From: Chthoniobacteraceae bacterium
GTDB taxonomy: Bacteria; Verrucomicrobiota; Verrucomicrobiia; Chthoniobacterales; Chthoniobacteraceae
DNA: 64,000 nucleotides
Reading direction: 5' to 3'
NCBI GenBank assembly: GCA_031409335.1
Contig: JANNWY010000198.1
Span: forward strand, 1-64,000
Every line of letters begins with the position of its first letter. Position 1 is the stretch's first letter. Below are positions 53,237-62,504 of the stretch, in pieces. The translations under genes and the position numbers were made by a program. The notes under the pieces are model-generated. The model saw only the letters and a list, made by a program, of their open reading frames with translations, searched no databases and had not been told where the DNA came from.

Positions 53237-56200
53237 ATAAACCGTCACCTGCTCCCCCTGTTCGCGCTCGCCCTGCTCCACACCCACACGGCCCCGGGTC
53301 AATTGACCTGGGGCGTGAATGGAAATGGCGGCTCAGGGACTTGGAATACCACGACTCTGAATTGGTGGAATGGCGTGAGCAATGTCGCGTGGGCAAATGG
53401 TGGAGCGGCGATTTTCGCGGGAAACCCCGGCACCGTTACCCTTTCCGGGACGATCGTGGCCACCGCGCTCACCTTCCATAGTCCGGGCCACATCTTAAGC
53501 TCGGCTTCCTTGCTCGGCGCGTCGGGGGGCTTGACGATCGAGGCCATTGCCAGCGCCACCATTGGCAGCAGCCTGCAAGGCGATGGCGCGTCTCCCGGCA
53601 CGCTGAAGAAAACCGGCCCGGCCATGCTCACTCTTTCGGGTGCCTTGAGCGCATTTACCAGCATCGAACTCGCGGCGGGAGAAATCAGATTTGCCGGCAC
53701 GGCTTCCGGCAGTTCCACCATCCCATTTTCCCTCGCCGACAGCCCCGGCGTGGTGATGACGCTGGCCAGTTCCAACGGGTTCAACGTGGGCGGCCTCTCC
53801 GGCGGAGGAGCGGCCGGGGGAATCGTGCGACCGGATCAAACCGCCGCGATTTTCACGCTGCGGACAAATTCCCCCGGCGGCAGTTTTGCCGGGTCCTTGC
53901 AAGACAACGGCCCCGGCATCCTGGCGCTGATCGTCGCTGGAACCGGCACGCAAACTCTCACCGCGGCCAATCCCTACAGCGGGCCGACGACCATCACCGC
54001 AGGCACGCTCGCTTTCAGCGGTGGTGGCAGCGCCTTGAACTCACCCGTCACGATCGCCGGAGGCACGCTCCGGCTCGACAACTCCGCGACCCTCCTCGCT
54101 GACCGCCTTTCCGACACGCTGCCGATCACGGTGCGCGGCACGCTGGCCTTCATCGGGAACAGTGCAGCCCCAGCTTCGGAGACGCTGGGCGCGCTGCATT
54201 TCCCGACCAGCCGAGGAAACATCACACTCACGCCCGACCCCGCGCAGGCCGCGACGCTCCTTTTCGAAAGCCTTGCTCCGCGCACGGCTGGTGAAGGCGG
54301 CGTGCTCTATTTTTCAGGAACGAATCTGGGAGCCGCTGCCGGACCCGGCGTGGCGCAGGTCCGTTTCAATACCGCACCCGCACTCGTCGGCGGATCGGGC
54401 GGCGAGGGGAGCACCACGATCGGGCTAGTGCCCGGCGCGTTTGGCACCGCGTCCTTCGGCACCACGTTTGTCACCCACGGGCCGAATGGCATCCGTCCGC
54501 TCGCCGAGGCGGAACTCGCGGGCAGTCTGGCCACCGCCAGCCCTTTCGAGAATGTCAGCGTCGCCACCGCCACCGACATTTCCAGTGCGACCGCCGTCAA
54601 TTCCCTGCGGCTCCAGGCCGGCGGCCGTCTTTCCGGCCCGGGCACGCTCGCTGTCGGGACAGGTATGATTTTGGCGCAAAGCGGCAGCGGCCCGATCGCG
54701 ATGGGCGCTTTGGATTTTGGCACGCGGGACGGCATCGTCATCAATGACACCGACCTGCTCATCAGCAGCGCCATCCTCGGCGGCAGCGCGACGAATGGGC
54801 TGACGAAACGCGGGGCGGGCCGCCTCACGCTCGCGGGCGGCAACTCCTTCACCGGCGACGTGAACGTGCAGCAGGGATTGCTCGAAATTTCCAACTCATC
54901 GGCGCTCGGCGCCGGCCCGGGCAGCGTGCGGGTGGAGCGCGGAGCGGGGCTGGAAATCCGCGGCGGCAGCACCGTCACCGGCAGGCCGCTCGTCGCGTTT
55001 GGCTCCCTCGGGTCCACGACTGTTCTGCGGAGTCTCAGTGGCGACAATGCCTGGAATGGTCCGGCCTCCTTCGACTCGTCCACCCTCGCGGTGGATTCCG
55101 GCAGCATGACCTTCGGAGCAGTCGTGTCCGCCCAGGGCCGCATCGGTAAAACGGGCTCCGGGACGGTCGTTTTCGGAAATGGGATCAGTGGGAATTTTCC
55201 CGACTTCGAGGTCTTCGCCGGGGAGATCGTCTCGCGCGCGGTGGCGGGCACGCCGTTCGGAGGAACGATCCTCTCGCTCGATGGCGCCACCGCGCGGTTT
55301 GCCCCGTCCGGCAGCGGGGCCGATGTGAATCTCACTCAGGGCAGCGCGACTTTGACCGGTGCCGCGTTCGGTTATCTCGAAGGCAACTCCACCCTCATTC
55401 TCGACCGCGGTGCGAACAACAGTCTGACAGTGACCGCAGGAACCGTCGGCGCGGTTTTTCATCGTGAAAATCGCGCGACCATGACCCTCGCGCCCACCCA
55501 CGGACTGGGGGCCCTTGGCACGAGCGAACGACTCAAAGCTGGGTTCGGGACGACGATCATTTCCAGTGGAGTCGTCACTCCCGTCATCATGGGCCAGGAC
55601 AATGACAGCAATCGTTCCGGCGACCTGCTCGCTTACAATGCCGCGGCCGGATTCATCCGGGCGACCTATTCCGCCAGCACCAATCTGCAAACGGCGGGTG
55701 CGACCGCCGCCTTTCACGCCACCGGCCCGCAGACGCTCACCGCGAACGCCGCCATCCTCGCCCTGAAAAACAGCGGCCAGACGATCAACCTCAATGGGAA
55801 AACCCTGACGCTCGGCGCGACGATCTCTGGCAGTTCCGTCTTTCCCGGAGGCATCATCCTGAATGGCGGCACGATCACCAGCGGCACGATCACGACACCG
55901 TCGGCCGGCGTATCCTTCGCCAGTGAAGTCGCCATTTATACCAGTCTCGCCGGAGCGAGCATTGCGAGCAACTTCACTCCCCAAATATCGGCCACTCAAG
56001 ACATCACCAAATTTGGTCCCGGCTTGCTCACGCTCAGCGGCATCATCACCGGCGGGATCAGCATCAATAGTGGCAGCGTCCGCCTAAACGGCATGGCCAC
56101 CGGGTCCATCGCCCTGGCCTCGGATGCCTCGCTTTCCGGTATTGGAAAATCCAGCGGCATCCTGGGCGGCGGCGTCATCTCTCCGGGAAACGGAGCCGGA

Positions 56201-56770
56201 ATTTTCACCGCCGGAAGAGCCACGAGTTATGCCTTATCCATATCCTTTGGCTCATTTCCCCCCGCCTTCGGCCCCGCATCCCGGACGGCCTACGCGTTCG
56301 AGTTCACCCGCACCGGCGCACCCGTTTTCAACTCACCCTCCGCCAGCGGCAACGATCTCCTGCGTTTGACCAATCCCACCACTCCGATCGACCCGCTCAG
56401 CCCCAGCAACGAGATCCATCTCTACTTCAATCTCGCGACCGGAGTGCGCGTCGGCGACTCCTTCCTCGGCGGCTTTTTCACGGATAAAAACGCGCCGTTC
56501 GATACCGCGCTGGCAAATGCGACGTGGCGCGTCTTTCTCGCCGATCCGTTCGGCGACACCGTCTTCAATGACCTGCGCTACACCGCCTCGTCGGCCAGCG
56601 TGCTGGCGGACACCGTGCCGCAGACGGCGGACTTCGGCGCGGGAGCCGTGAATGGCTACATCAGCCGGGTGACGATCGTGCCGGAGCCCGGCGTGGCGGC
56701 GATGCTCCTAATCGGCTCGGCGATGCTTTTTTCCGGCGCGAGCCGGTCGCGTGGAAAACGAAAGCCGTAG
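53237..56770 (+). CDS. Autotransporter-associated beta-strand repeat protein with PEP-CTERM sorting signal
   Basis: Repeats such as LTKRGAGRLTLAGGNSFTG and GTGTQTLTAANPYSGPTTI; C-terminal VPEP-TM-basic tail. The signal peptide begins at an ATA codon (53237); first canonical start is TTG 53303. Confidence 0.85.
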   Translation: MNRHLLPLFALALLHTHTAPGQLTWGVNGNGGSGTWNTTTLNWWNGVSNVAWANGGAAIFAGNPGTVTLSGTIVATALTFHSPGHILSSASLLGASGGLTIEAIASATIGSSLQGDGASPGTLKKTGPAMLTLSGALSAFTSIELAAGEIRFAGTASGSSTIPFSLADSPGVVMTLASSNGFNVGGLSGGGAAGGIVRPDQTAAIFTLRTNSPGGSFAGSLQDNGPGILALIVAGTGTQTLTAANPYSGPTTITAGTLAFSGGGSALNSPVTIAGGTLRLDNSATLLADRLSDTLPITVRGTLAFIGNSAAPASETLGALHFPTSRGNITLTPDPAQAATLLFESLAPRTAGEGGVLYFSGTNLGAAAGPGVAQVRFNTAPALVGGSGGEGSTTIGLVPGAFGTASFGTTFVTHGPNGIRPLAEAELAGSLATASPFENVSVATATDISSATAVNSLRLQAGGRLSGPGTLAVGTGMILAQSGSGPIAMGALDFGTRDGIVINDTDLLISSAILGGSATNGLTKRGAGRLTLAGGNSFTGDVNVQQGLLEISNSSALGAGPGSVRVERGAGLEIRGGSTVTGRPLVAFGSLGSTTVLRSLSGDNAWNGPASFDSSTLAVDSGSMTFGAVVSAQGRIGKTGSGTVVFGNGISGNFPDFEVFAGEIVSRAVAGTPFGGTILSLDGATARFAPSGSGADVNLTQGSATLTGAAFGYLEGNSTLILDRGANNSLTVTAGTVGAVFHRENRATMTLAPTHGLGALGTSERLKAGFGTTIISSGVVTPVIMGQDNDSNRSGDLLAYNAAAGFIRATYSASTNLQTAGATAAFHATGPQTLTANAAILALKNSGQTINLNGKTLTLGATISGSSVFPGGIILNGGTITSGTITTPSAGVSFASEVAIYTSLAGASIASNFTPQISATQDITKFGPGLLTLSGIITGGISINSGSVRLNGMATGSIALASDASLSGIGKSSGILGGGVISPGNGAGIFTAGRATSYALSISFGSFPPAFGPASRTAYAFEFTRTGAPVFNSPSASGNDLLRLTNPTTPIDPLSPSNEIHLYFNLATGVRVGDSFLGGFFTDKNAPFDTALANATWRVFLADPFGDTVFNDLRYTASSASVLADTVPQTADFGAGAVNGYISRVTIVPEPGVAAMLLIGSAMLFSGASRSRGKRKP

Positions 56771-56782
56771 CGCCCGGCGCGC

Positions 56783-57238
56783 TTATCCCTCGGTCGAAAC
56801 TGTCCCACCGCCGCCCTCCTGCGTCGCCTGCTCGAAGGCCCGCCACGCGAGCATTGCGCACTTCACGCGCTGCGGAAATTTGCGGACGCCCGCGAGCAGG
56901 CGCAGGTCGCCGAGCTGGCGCGGCGGGTCGGCGACTTCGGTGGTCACGATGTCGTGAAAGGCGCGCGCCATTTCCTGCGCTTCGGCGCGGGGTTTGCCTT
57001 TGAGTTTCAGCGTCATCATCGACGCCGAGGCCTGGCTGATCGCGCAGCCCATGCCGGTGAATTTGATGTCGTCCACCGCGCCATCCGCCGCGAATTTGAC
57101 ATGCAGGTCGATCTCGTCGCCGCACGAGGGATTGTCGCCGTGGACCGAGATCGCGCCGGGGAGTTCGCCGTAGTTTCGCGGGCGTTTCGAGTGATCGAGG
57201 ATCACCGACTGGTAGAGTTCTTCGAGTTCCGAGGTCAT
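56783..57238 (-). CDS. sufU: SUF system NifU-family Fe-S assembly protein
   Basis: LYQSVILDH, NPSCGD, GCAISQASAS and RVKCAMLAW; ATGA overlap with sufS. Confidence 0.93.
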   Translation of the reverse strand: MTSELEELYQSVILDHSKRPRNYGELPGAISVHGDNPSCGDEIDLHVKFAADGAVDDIKFTGMGCAISQASASMMTLKLKGKPRAEAQEMARAFHDIVTTEVADPPRQLGDLRLLAGVRKFPQRVKCAMLAWRAFEQATQEGGGGTVSTEG

Positions 57239-58470
57239 GCAAAAAAGGTGCGCGCTTTGGCCAGCACGTCGATCATGTGATCGACTTCCGCCAGCGTGTT
57301 GTAGAAATAAAAACTCGCGCGATTCGACCCCGGCAATTTCATCTTTCGCATCAACGGCTGATTGCAGTGATGCCCGCCGCGCAGGGCGATGCCGTATTCG
57401 TTCGCATACGTCGTGAGATCGTGCGGATGCGCCCACTCCGCCACGAAGCCCGCGACCGCCCCGCGTTCGCCAGTCGGCCCGAGCACGCGGATGCCCGCGA
57501 TTTCACCCAGCCGCGCGATGGCGTGCTGTGTGAGCACCGCGTCGTGCGCGAAAATCCGGCCGCGCCCGATCGCATCGAGATAATCGCAGGCCGCGCCCAG
57601 CCCGATCGCGCCCGCGATATTCGGCGTGCCCGCCTCGAAGCGCGCGGGGGCCGGCTTGAACGTGCTCTTCTCATACGAAACGCTGACGATCATCTCCCCG
57701 CCGCCATGCCACGGCGGCATCGCGTCCAGAATTTCCGCGCGTCCGTAAAGCCCGCCAATTCCGGTCGGCCCGCACATTTTGTGTCCGCCGAAAGCGTAAA
57801 AATCGCAGCCCATCGCGCGCACATCCACGAGCAAATGCCCGACGCTCTGCGCGCCATCGACGAGCGAAACCGCGCCCACTTTCCGCGCCGCCGCGCACAG
57901 CTCCGCCGCGGGATTGATGGTGCCGAGCGAGTTCGAGATGTGGGTGAAGGCGAACAGCTTTACCTCCGGCGTGAGCAGCGCGCCGAGGTCGTCGAGCACG
58001 AGCCGCCCGTCGTCACTCACCGGCACGAAACGCAGCCGCGCGCCCATCCGCTCCGCGAGGAGCTGCCACGGCACGAGATTGCTGTGATGCTCCATTTCCG
58101 TGAGCAGGATCACGTCGCCCGCGCGCAAAAACTTCCCGCCCCACGACTGCGCCACGAGATTGATCCCCTCCGTCGTCCCGCGCGTGAACACGATTTCCTC
58201 CGCACTCGCCGCGCCGATGAATTTCGCCACGCGCATCCGCGCCGCTTCGAACGCCTCCGTCGCGCGCGTGCTCAACTCGTGCAGCCCGCGATGCACATTT
58301 GCGTTGTCGTGTTCGTAGTAATGCGACAGTGCATCGATCACGGCCCGTGGCTTCTGTGAACTCGCCGCGTTATCGAAATACACGAGCGGATGTTCGCCGA
58401 CTTTTTGATCGAGAATCGGAAACTCAGCGCGAATCGCCGCCCAAGTGGCGTCGTTATTGGAAACAGTCAC
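57235..58470 (-). CDS. sufS: Cysteine desulfurase, SufS family
   Basis: YFDNAASSQKP, NANVHRG, EHHSN, GHKMCGPTGIG, RFEAGTP and RGGHHC; GTG start inferred. Confidence 0.95.
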   Translation of the reverse strand: MTVSNNDATWAAIRAEFPILDQKVGEHPLVYFDNAASSQKPRAVIDALSHYYEHDNANVHRGLHELSTRATEAFEAARMRVAKFIGAASAEEIVFTRGTTEGINLVAQSWGGKFLRAGDVILLTEMEHHSNLVPWQLLAERMGARLRFVPVSDDGRLVLDDLGALLTPEVKLFAFTHISNSLGTINPAAELCAAARKVGAVSLVDGAQSVGHLLVDVRAMGCDFYAFGGHKMCGPTGIGGLYGRAEILDAMPPWHGGGEMIVSVSYEKSTFKPAPARFEAGTPNIAGAIGLGAACDYLDAIGRGRIFAHDAVLTQHAIARLGEIAGIRVLGPTGERGAVAGFVAEWAHPHDLTTYANEYGIALRGGHHCNQPLMRKMKLPGSNRASFYFYNTLAEVDHMIDVLAKARTFFA

Positions 58471-58515
58471 AGCGCGGAGCTTCGCGCATCCGGCGTGGTG
58501 AAGCAAGGCGGTGGG

Positions 58516-59775
58516 CTAATGCGGGCGCGGTTCGGTGTATCGGCGCAGGCCTTCTTTGCGGACTTTTCGGAGTTGCGTGAGCGCGGATTCCGCGTGCTTT
58601 CGCAGCGGGATTTCCTGCATCGGCTGGCGGGCGGCGGCGGTCAGGAGATCGGCGGCTTCGGCGGTGCCGGAAAGCGCGAGGCCGGAAAACGAAGCGGCCA
58701 TCAGGGCACGCGCCGTATCGCCGCGCGACGATCCGACCGGCGCGCTCCACCGCAAATCCTGCATCCACGCTTCCACCGAGCAGCCGCTTGCGAGCTGTTC
58801 GAGCGCTTTGCCGCTGCCGCTGCGCCGGATGCCGTATCCCAGCCCGATCACCGCGGCGAGCTTGGCCTGATAAGCGTCGTGTCCGATCCTGCCGCGGCCG
58901 TCGCGAACGAAGCCGCGCACGCTTTCCACCGCCTCCGGCGTGCCGATCGCGCCGAGCGCGACGGATGCGTTGGTCCATTGCGATTTGCGTGCGGGATTCA
59001 CGAGCACGGCTTTGAATCGCGCCGCATCCGCCTGCCCAAACCCGGCGACGTGCGAATACGGAATCCCGTGGACGTAAACGCGGTCCAGGAATTCGCCGAC
59101 GCTGGCGGGTGCCGCTCCCGCGGCGGACTCGTCCGATGAAGACACGATCGCCGCGCTGCCGGTGGCCGCGCGGCGCGTTTCATAGCTGCGGGCTTCCGCA
59201 CCCGTCAGCGACCGTCGGCTCGCACCCGCCTCCGTGTATAAAAGTGCCGATGGATCGTTGCGATGATTCAGCCCGCAGTTGTGACCGAACTCGTGCGCCC
59301 AAATGATGTCCTCCAGCGAGTTCCGCCGCACGAGCGCCATGAAACTGCCGCCGATGTGCGCGCAACCCAGGATGCCCGGCTTCGTCGTGCTGCAAAATCG
59401 CACCGCTTCGACGATCGCAATCTGCACGCCGCTCCGCCCGATGCGCGCGTAGTCCTCTTGCGACGTGATGACCGCCGGCCCCATGATGACGCGCACATCT
59501 CCCCGTCGTTGCAGGATCACATCGGCGCTCACGTCGGAGCCGGAATCGCGATTGCGCAGCACGCGCGTCGCCCCGGCGAGGATCGCGTCCGCTTCTGCGT
59601 TGGAAAGCGGCACGGACGCCACGCGCCCGATGCTGAGCCGGTGAATTTTCGTGGCCGCACCCGGCGCGGGGCTTTCGGCGGGAGGCACGCTGCCACTGCC
59701 GCCACCAGTCGTCGCGCAAGCCGCGAATGCAGCCGCCATCGCGAGCGCAATGAGTCGAAGGAGAATTGTTTCCAT
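58516..59775 (-). CDS. Putative lipoprotein zinc metalloprotease with a C-terminal helical-repeat domain
   Basis: Lipobox-like AFAAC; HEFGHNCGLNH; HEAT-like ASVALGAIGTPEAVE and GLALSGTAEA segments. Confidence 0.75.
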   Translation of the reverse strand: METILLRLIALAMAAAFAACATTGGGSGSVPPAESPAPGAATKIHRLSIGRVASVPLSNAEADAILAGATRVLRNRDSGSDVSADVILQRRGDVRVIMGPAVITSQEDYARIGRSGVQIAIVEAVRFCSTTKPGILGCAHIGGSFMALVRRNSLEDIIWAHEFGHNCGLNHRNDPSALLYTEAGASRRSLTGAEARSYETRRAATGSAAIVSSSDESAAGAAPASVGEFLDRVYVHGIPYSHVAGFGQADAARFKAVLVNPARKSQWTNASVALGAIGTPEAVESVRGFVRDGRGRIGHDAYQAKLAAVIGLGYGIRRSGSGKALEQLASGCSVEAWMQDLRWSAPVGSSRGDTARALMAASFSGLALSGTAEAADLLTAAARQPMQEIPLRKHAESALTQLRKVRKEGLRRYTEPRPH

Positions 59776-60031
59776 GGGCGCGCGGAATTAGAGAACCCGA
59801 CGATGATTGTCCAGTGCTGGAAAAGTACGGGTCGCGTTGCGTGCAAAAGGATCGTGACGAATCGCGTAACGAGTCCTCCCAGGCGGGCAGGATCTGACCG
59901 GCGTGCCATGCCAAACCTATTTTCTCATGTTTATGAAAAATAAGTTGTCGAGATCGCCGCGTTTAGGCTAAAACCTTGCGAGGTCGAAAACCGATAAGCC
60001 TTCCCAACAAGCACACCCTGTTCCCTTATCT

Positions 60032-61246
60032 ATGAAACATAAACACATCCTCCCACTCATCCTGTCCGGACTCATCGCTCCCGTCGTCGCGCAAGCGGAC
60101 TGGACCATCAATACCTTCAGTTCTGGTGCCAGCCCCGCAATCACCAACCTTGCCACTGCGGACGCCTTGATCGGCGGTTTCGGGCAGTTGTCTCAGTTTA
60201 GCCAAACCTACACGACCTCGAATACGCAGGACAACGGCGACGGCGGCGGGCCCTTCGGCCTTGGCGTGCAGATTGCCGGATTGCCCGCTGGCGGCAACGA
60301 CAACTTTGCATTCAAGGCGACGGCGTTGTTCACCGTGACTTCCGCCGCCAGCTATACCTTTTTCAACGACACCGACGATGGCTCCCGGCTGCGCCTCAGC
60401 ATCAATGGCGGTGCTTTCAGCACGATCATAAACGATGACGTGCTCTCCGGCCCACACACCGTGCTCAGTGCGGCAATTCCGCTGGCGATTGGCAACAGCA
60501 TTAGTCTCGAGTGGACTTGGTTTGAGGCCGGCGGCGGTGCGGAAGGTGAGACGGGATACAGCGTTGACGGAGGTGTCACGAAGTCGCTTTGGGAAAACGG
60601 CGCGCTGGGTCTGTCACTCACGGGCAGTGCCTATACTGGCACGGTTTACAGGGCAAACCTCGCCGGTCTTCCGGGGACCAATCCTGGCGGCCCGAACAAC
60701 CTCGCTGAAGCGGATGCTTACGTCTCAAATGGATTATTCATCAATAGCAATACCGCACCGGTGATCAACTTCGGTGCGGGCGGCCGGGCGGCCGGCGAGA
60801 CTCCGCTGCCTGCGGGGACTCCGGGGGATCATTTCGTCGTGACCGGCACCGGCTTCATTCGCGTCGAGCCCGGCCAGGAGGGCGATTGGACCTTCTTTAC
60901 CAACACGGATGACGGTGCGCGGCTGCGGATCAACGGGACGGATGTCGTCTTGGACGGCTTTCTCCAAGGGCCATCCGATTCCGCTTATAGCGTCTATAAT
61001 TTCCCTGCGGCGGGCGACTACGCGGTTGACTATATCGGCTTCGAGAACGGTGGTGGCGAGGATTTCGAGGTGCTCGTGAAGCAGGGTAACTTTGCCGCCG
61101 CAAAGGGCTTTGGCGATCCCGCGGGTGCAGTGCTGCTCGGTGCCGCGGGGGGGCTGGCGGTCAATGTCGTGCCGGAACCGGGCACCGCCAGCTTGGCGTT
61201 CCTCGGTCTTGCAGGACTCGTCGGCTTGCGCCGCCGCCGCGCCTGA
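60032..61246 (+). CDS. PEP-CTERM protein with two PA14-like domains
   Basis: Signal peptide; twice YTFFxxTDDGxRLR..FExGGG; C-terminal VPEPGT-TM-RRRRA. Confidence 0.88.
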   Translation: MKHKHILPLILSGLIAPVVAQADWTINTFSSGASPAITNLATADALIGGFGQLSQFSQTYTTSNTQDNGDGGGPFGLGVQIAGLPAGGNDNFAFKATALFTVTSAASYTFFNDTDDGSRLRLSINGGAFSTIINDDVLSGPHTVLSAAIPLAIGNSISLEWTWFEAGGGAEGETGYSVDGGVTKSLWENGALGLSLTGSAYTGTVYRANLAGLPGTNPGGPNNLAEADAYVSNGLFINSNTAPVINFGAGGRAAGETPLPAGTPGDHFVVTGTGFIRVEPGQEGDWTFFTNTDDGARLRINGTDVVLDGFLQGPSDSAYSVYNFPAAGDYAVDYIGFENGGGEDFEVLVKQGNFAAAKGFGDPAGAVLLGAAGGLAVNVVPEPGTASLAFLGLAGLVGLRRRRA

Positions 61247-61269
61247 GTCATCGCTGAGCGTTTTACGAG

Positions 61270-61305
61270 AAAGGGCAGGTCACCATGACCTGCCCTTTTT
61301 CTTTT
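61270..61305 (+). terminator. Intrinsic terminator
   Basis: AAAGGGCAGGTCA-CCA-TGACCTGCCCTTTTTCTTTT. Confidence 0.88.
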
Positions 61306-61507
61306 GGAATGATCTCCCTCCCATGAGGCATCGATGCCACTTGTCCATTGAGGAAGTATAAACGCCCCAGCAAGGCGCTCATCGCAGGCCGGTTGTGAAA
61401 GCAGTCCGCGACTTTAGCCGTCCAAGACGTTGCTGCGGTTTGGCTCTGGACCCTTCATCTCTTCTAAATGGGCAAGCGGTATCAAGCCGCTGGGAAGCGT
61501 GTCGGGA

Positions 61508-61816
61508 TCAGCGCCGGATGAGGAGCTGCTCGCGTCCGTCAGGCCACTGGATGAGCGCGAAGGTTTCGTCCTTCAGCGAATCGAGCAGTTCTTCGCGGGT
61601 CATGGAGACGGATGGCGGTGCGGGCGCTGGAGGTGGGGCGATGGCTACCTCGGGGGCTTCGGGAATCGGGCGATGCCAGAAGGCGGCGACCGCGATGGTG
61701 ATGACGGCGATGGGAATGCTGACGCGCGCGACGACGCGAATGCGGCGGCGGTGGCGCATGGCGCGCAGCAGCGGGGCGGGATCGGCGGTGGGTGTGAGGT
61801 CGTCGGAGAGATTCAT
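61508..61816 (-). CDS. Small single-pass membrane protein, possible anti-sigma factor
   Basis: Basic patch RHRRRIR, one TM, Pro-rich linker; ATGA overlap with the ECF gene. Confidence 0.65.
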   Translation of the reverse strand: MNLSDDLTPTADPAPLLRAMRHRRRIRVVARVSIPIAVITIAVAAFWHRPIPEAPEVAIAPPPAPAPPSVSMTREELLDSLKDETFALIQWPDGREQLLIRR

Positions 61817-62499
61817 GGCAGGCGGGTGAGATGAAGGAGGACGGCGGAGCGGAGCGAAGCGCGAAGTCGGGCGAGGCGGCTTTCGATCGCTCGGTCGGTG
61901 GTGCCGGTGCGGTCGGCGATTTCGGCGAGAGGGACGCGCTCGGTGTATCGGGCGTGAATGAGGGATCGGTCTTCGTCGGGGAGGTCAGCGATGGCGGCGT
62001 CGAGGGCTCGATGCCATAGGGTTTCCGGGTCTTCGGCTGGAGGCGGCGGATCGTTCGCCCAGAGTGCGCCGAGTTTCGCGAGAAGGGCGGACTGGCGTCG
62101 CTCGCGGCGGGCGGCATCGGCAGCGGCGCAGCGCGCGGCTTTGGCGAGCCAGGACCAGAGTGCGTCGTCATCGGCGGCGGTGCGCAGGCTGCGGATCGCG
62201 CGGAGAAAAGTGTTCTGCACCGTTTCCGCGGCGGTGTGTTCGTTTCCCCGCGCCATGACGAGCGCGTAGCGCTGGAGGCGTGCGGCGTACCGGCAGTGGA
62301 GTTCGGAAAATGCGGCCTCATCCCCGGCATGGACACGCGCAGCGAGGGTGGATGCTGTCGAGGCCGCGCTGCCCGCTTCTGATGCAAGCGGAGCAGGCAG
62401 CGAGACATCGACTGAGAGAGAATCCACGGTGGGCGCGGAGAGTGGGAATGTGCCGACGGTCACGCTTGTGCAGTTGGCACCAAACGCGGCGGTTTGCAT
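61813..62499 (-). CDS. ECF RNA polymerase sigma factor
   Basis: GDEAAFSEL, AAETVQNTF, WSWLAKAAR and region-4 LAEIA..TDRAIESRLARLR; the true start may lie downstream of 62499. Confidence 0.85.
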   Translation of the reverse strand: MQTAAFGANCTSVTVGTFPLSAPTVDSLSVDVSLPAPLASEAGSAASTASTLAARVHAGDEAAFSELHCRYAARLQRYALVMARGNEHTAAETVQNTFLRAIRSLRTAADDDALWSWLAKAARCAAADAARRERRQSALLAKLGALWANDPPPPAEDPETLWHRALDAAIADLPDEDRSLIHARYTERVPLAEIADRTGTTDRAIESRLARLRASLRSAVLLHLTRLP

Positions 62500-62504
62500 G
62501 GGAT

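Noticed and set aside
52904..53240. Short ORFs after the PIN gene (e.g. MKRSIIWIPTAR..., faintly ParE-like)
   Set aside because: The resemblance covers only a few residues, with no supporting motif or partner gene.
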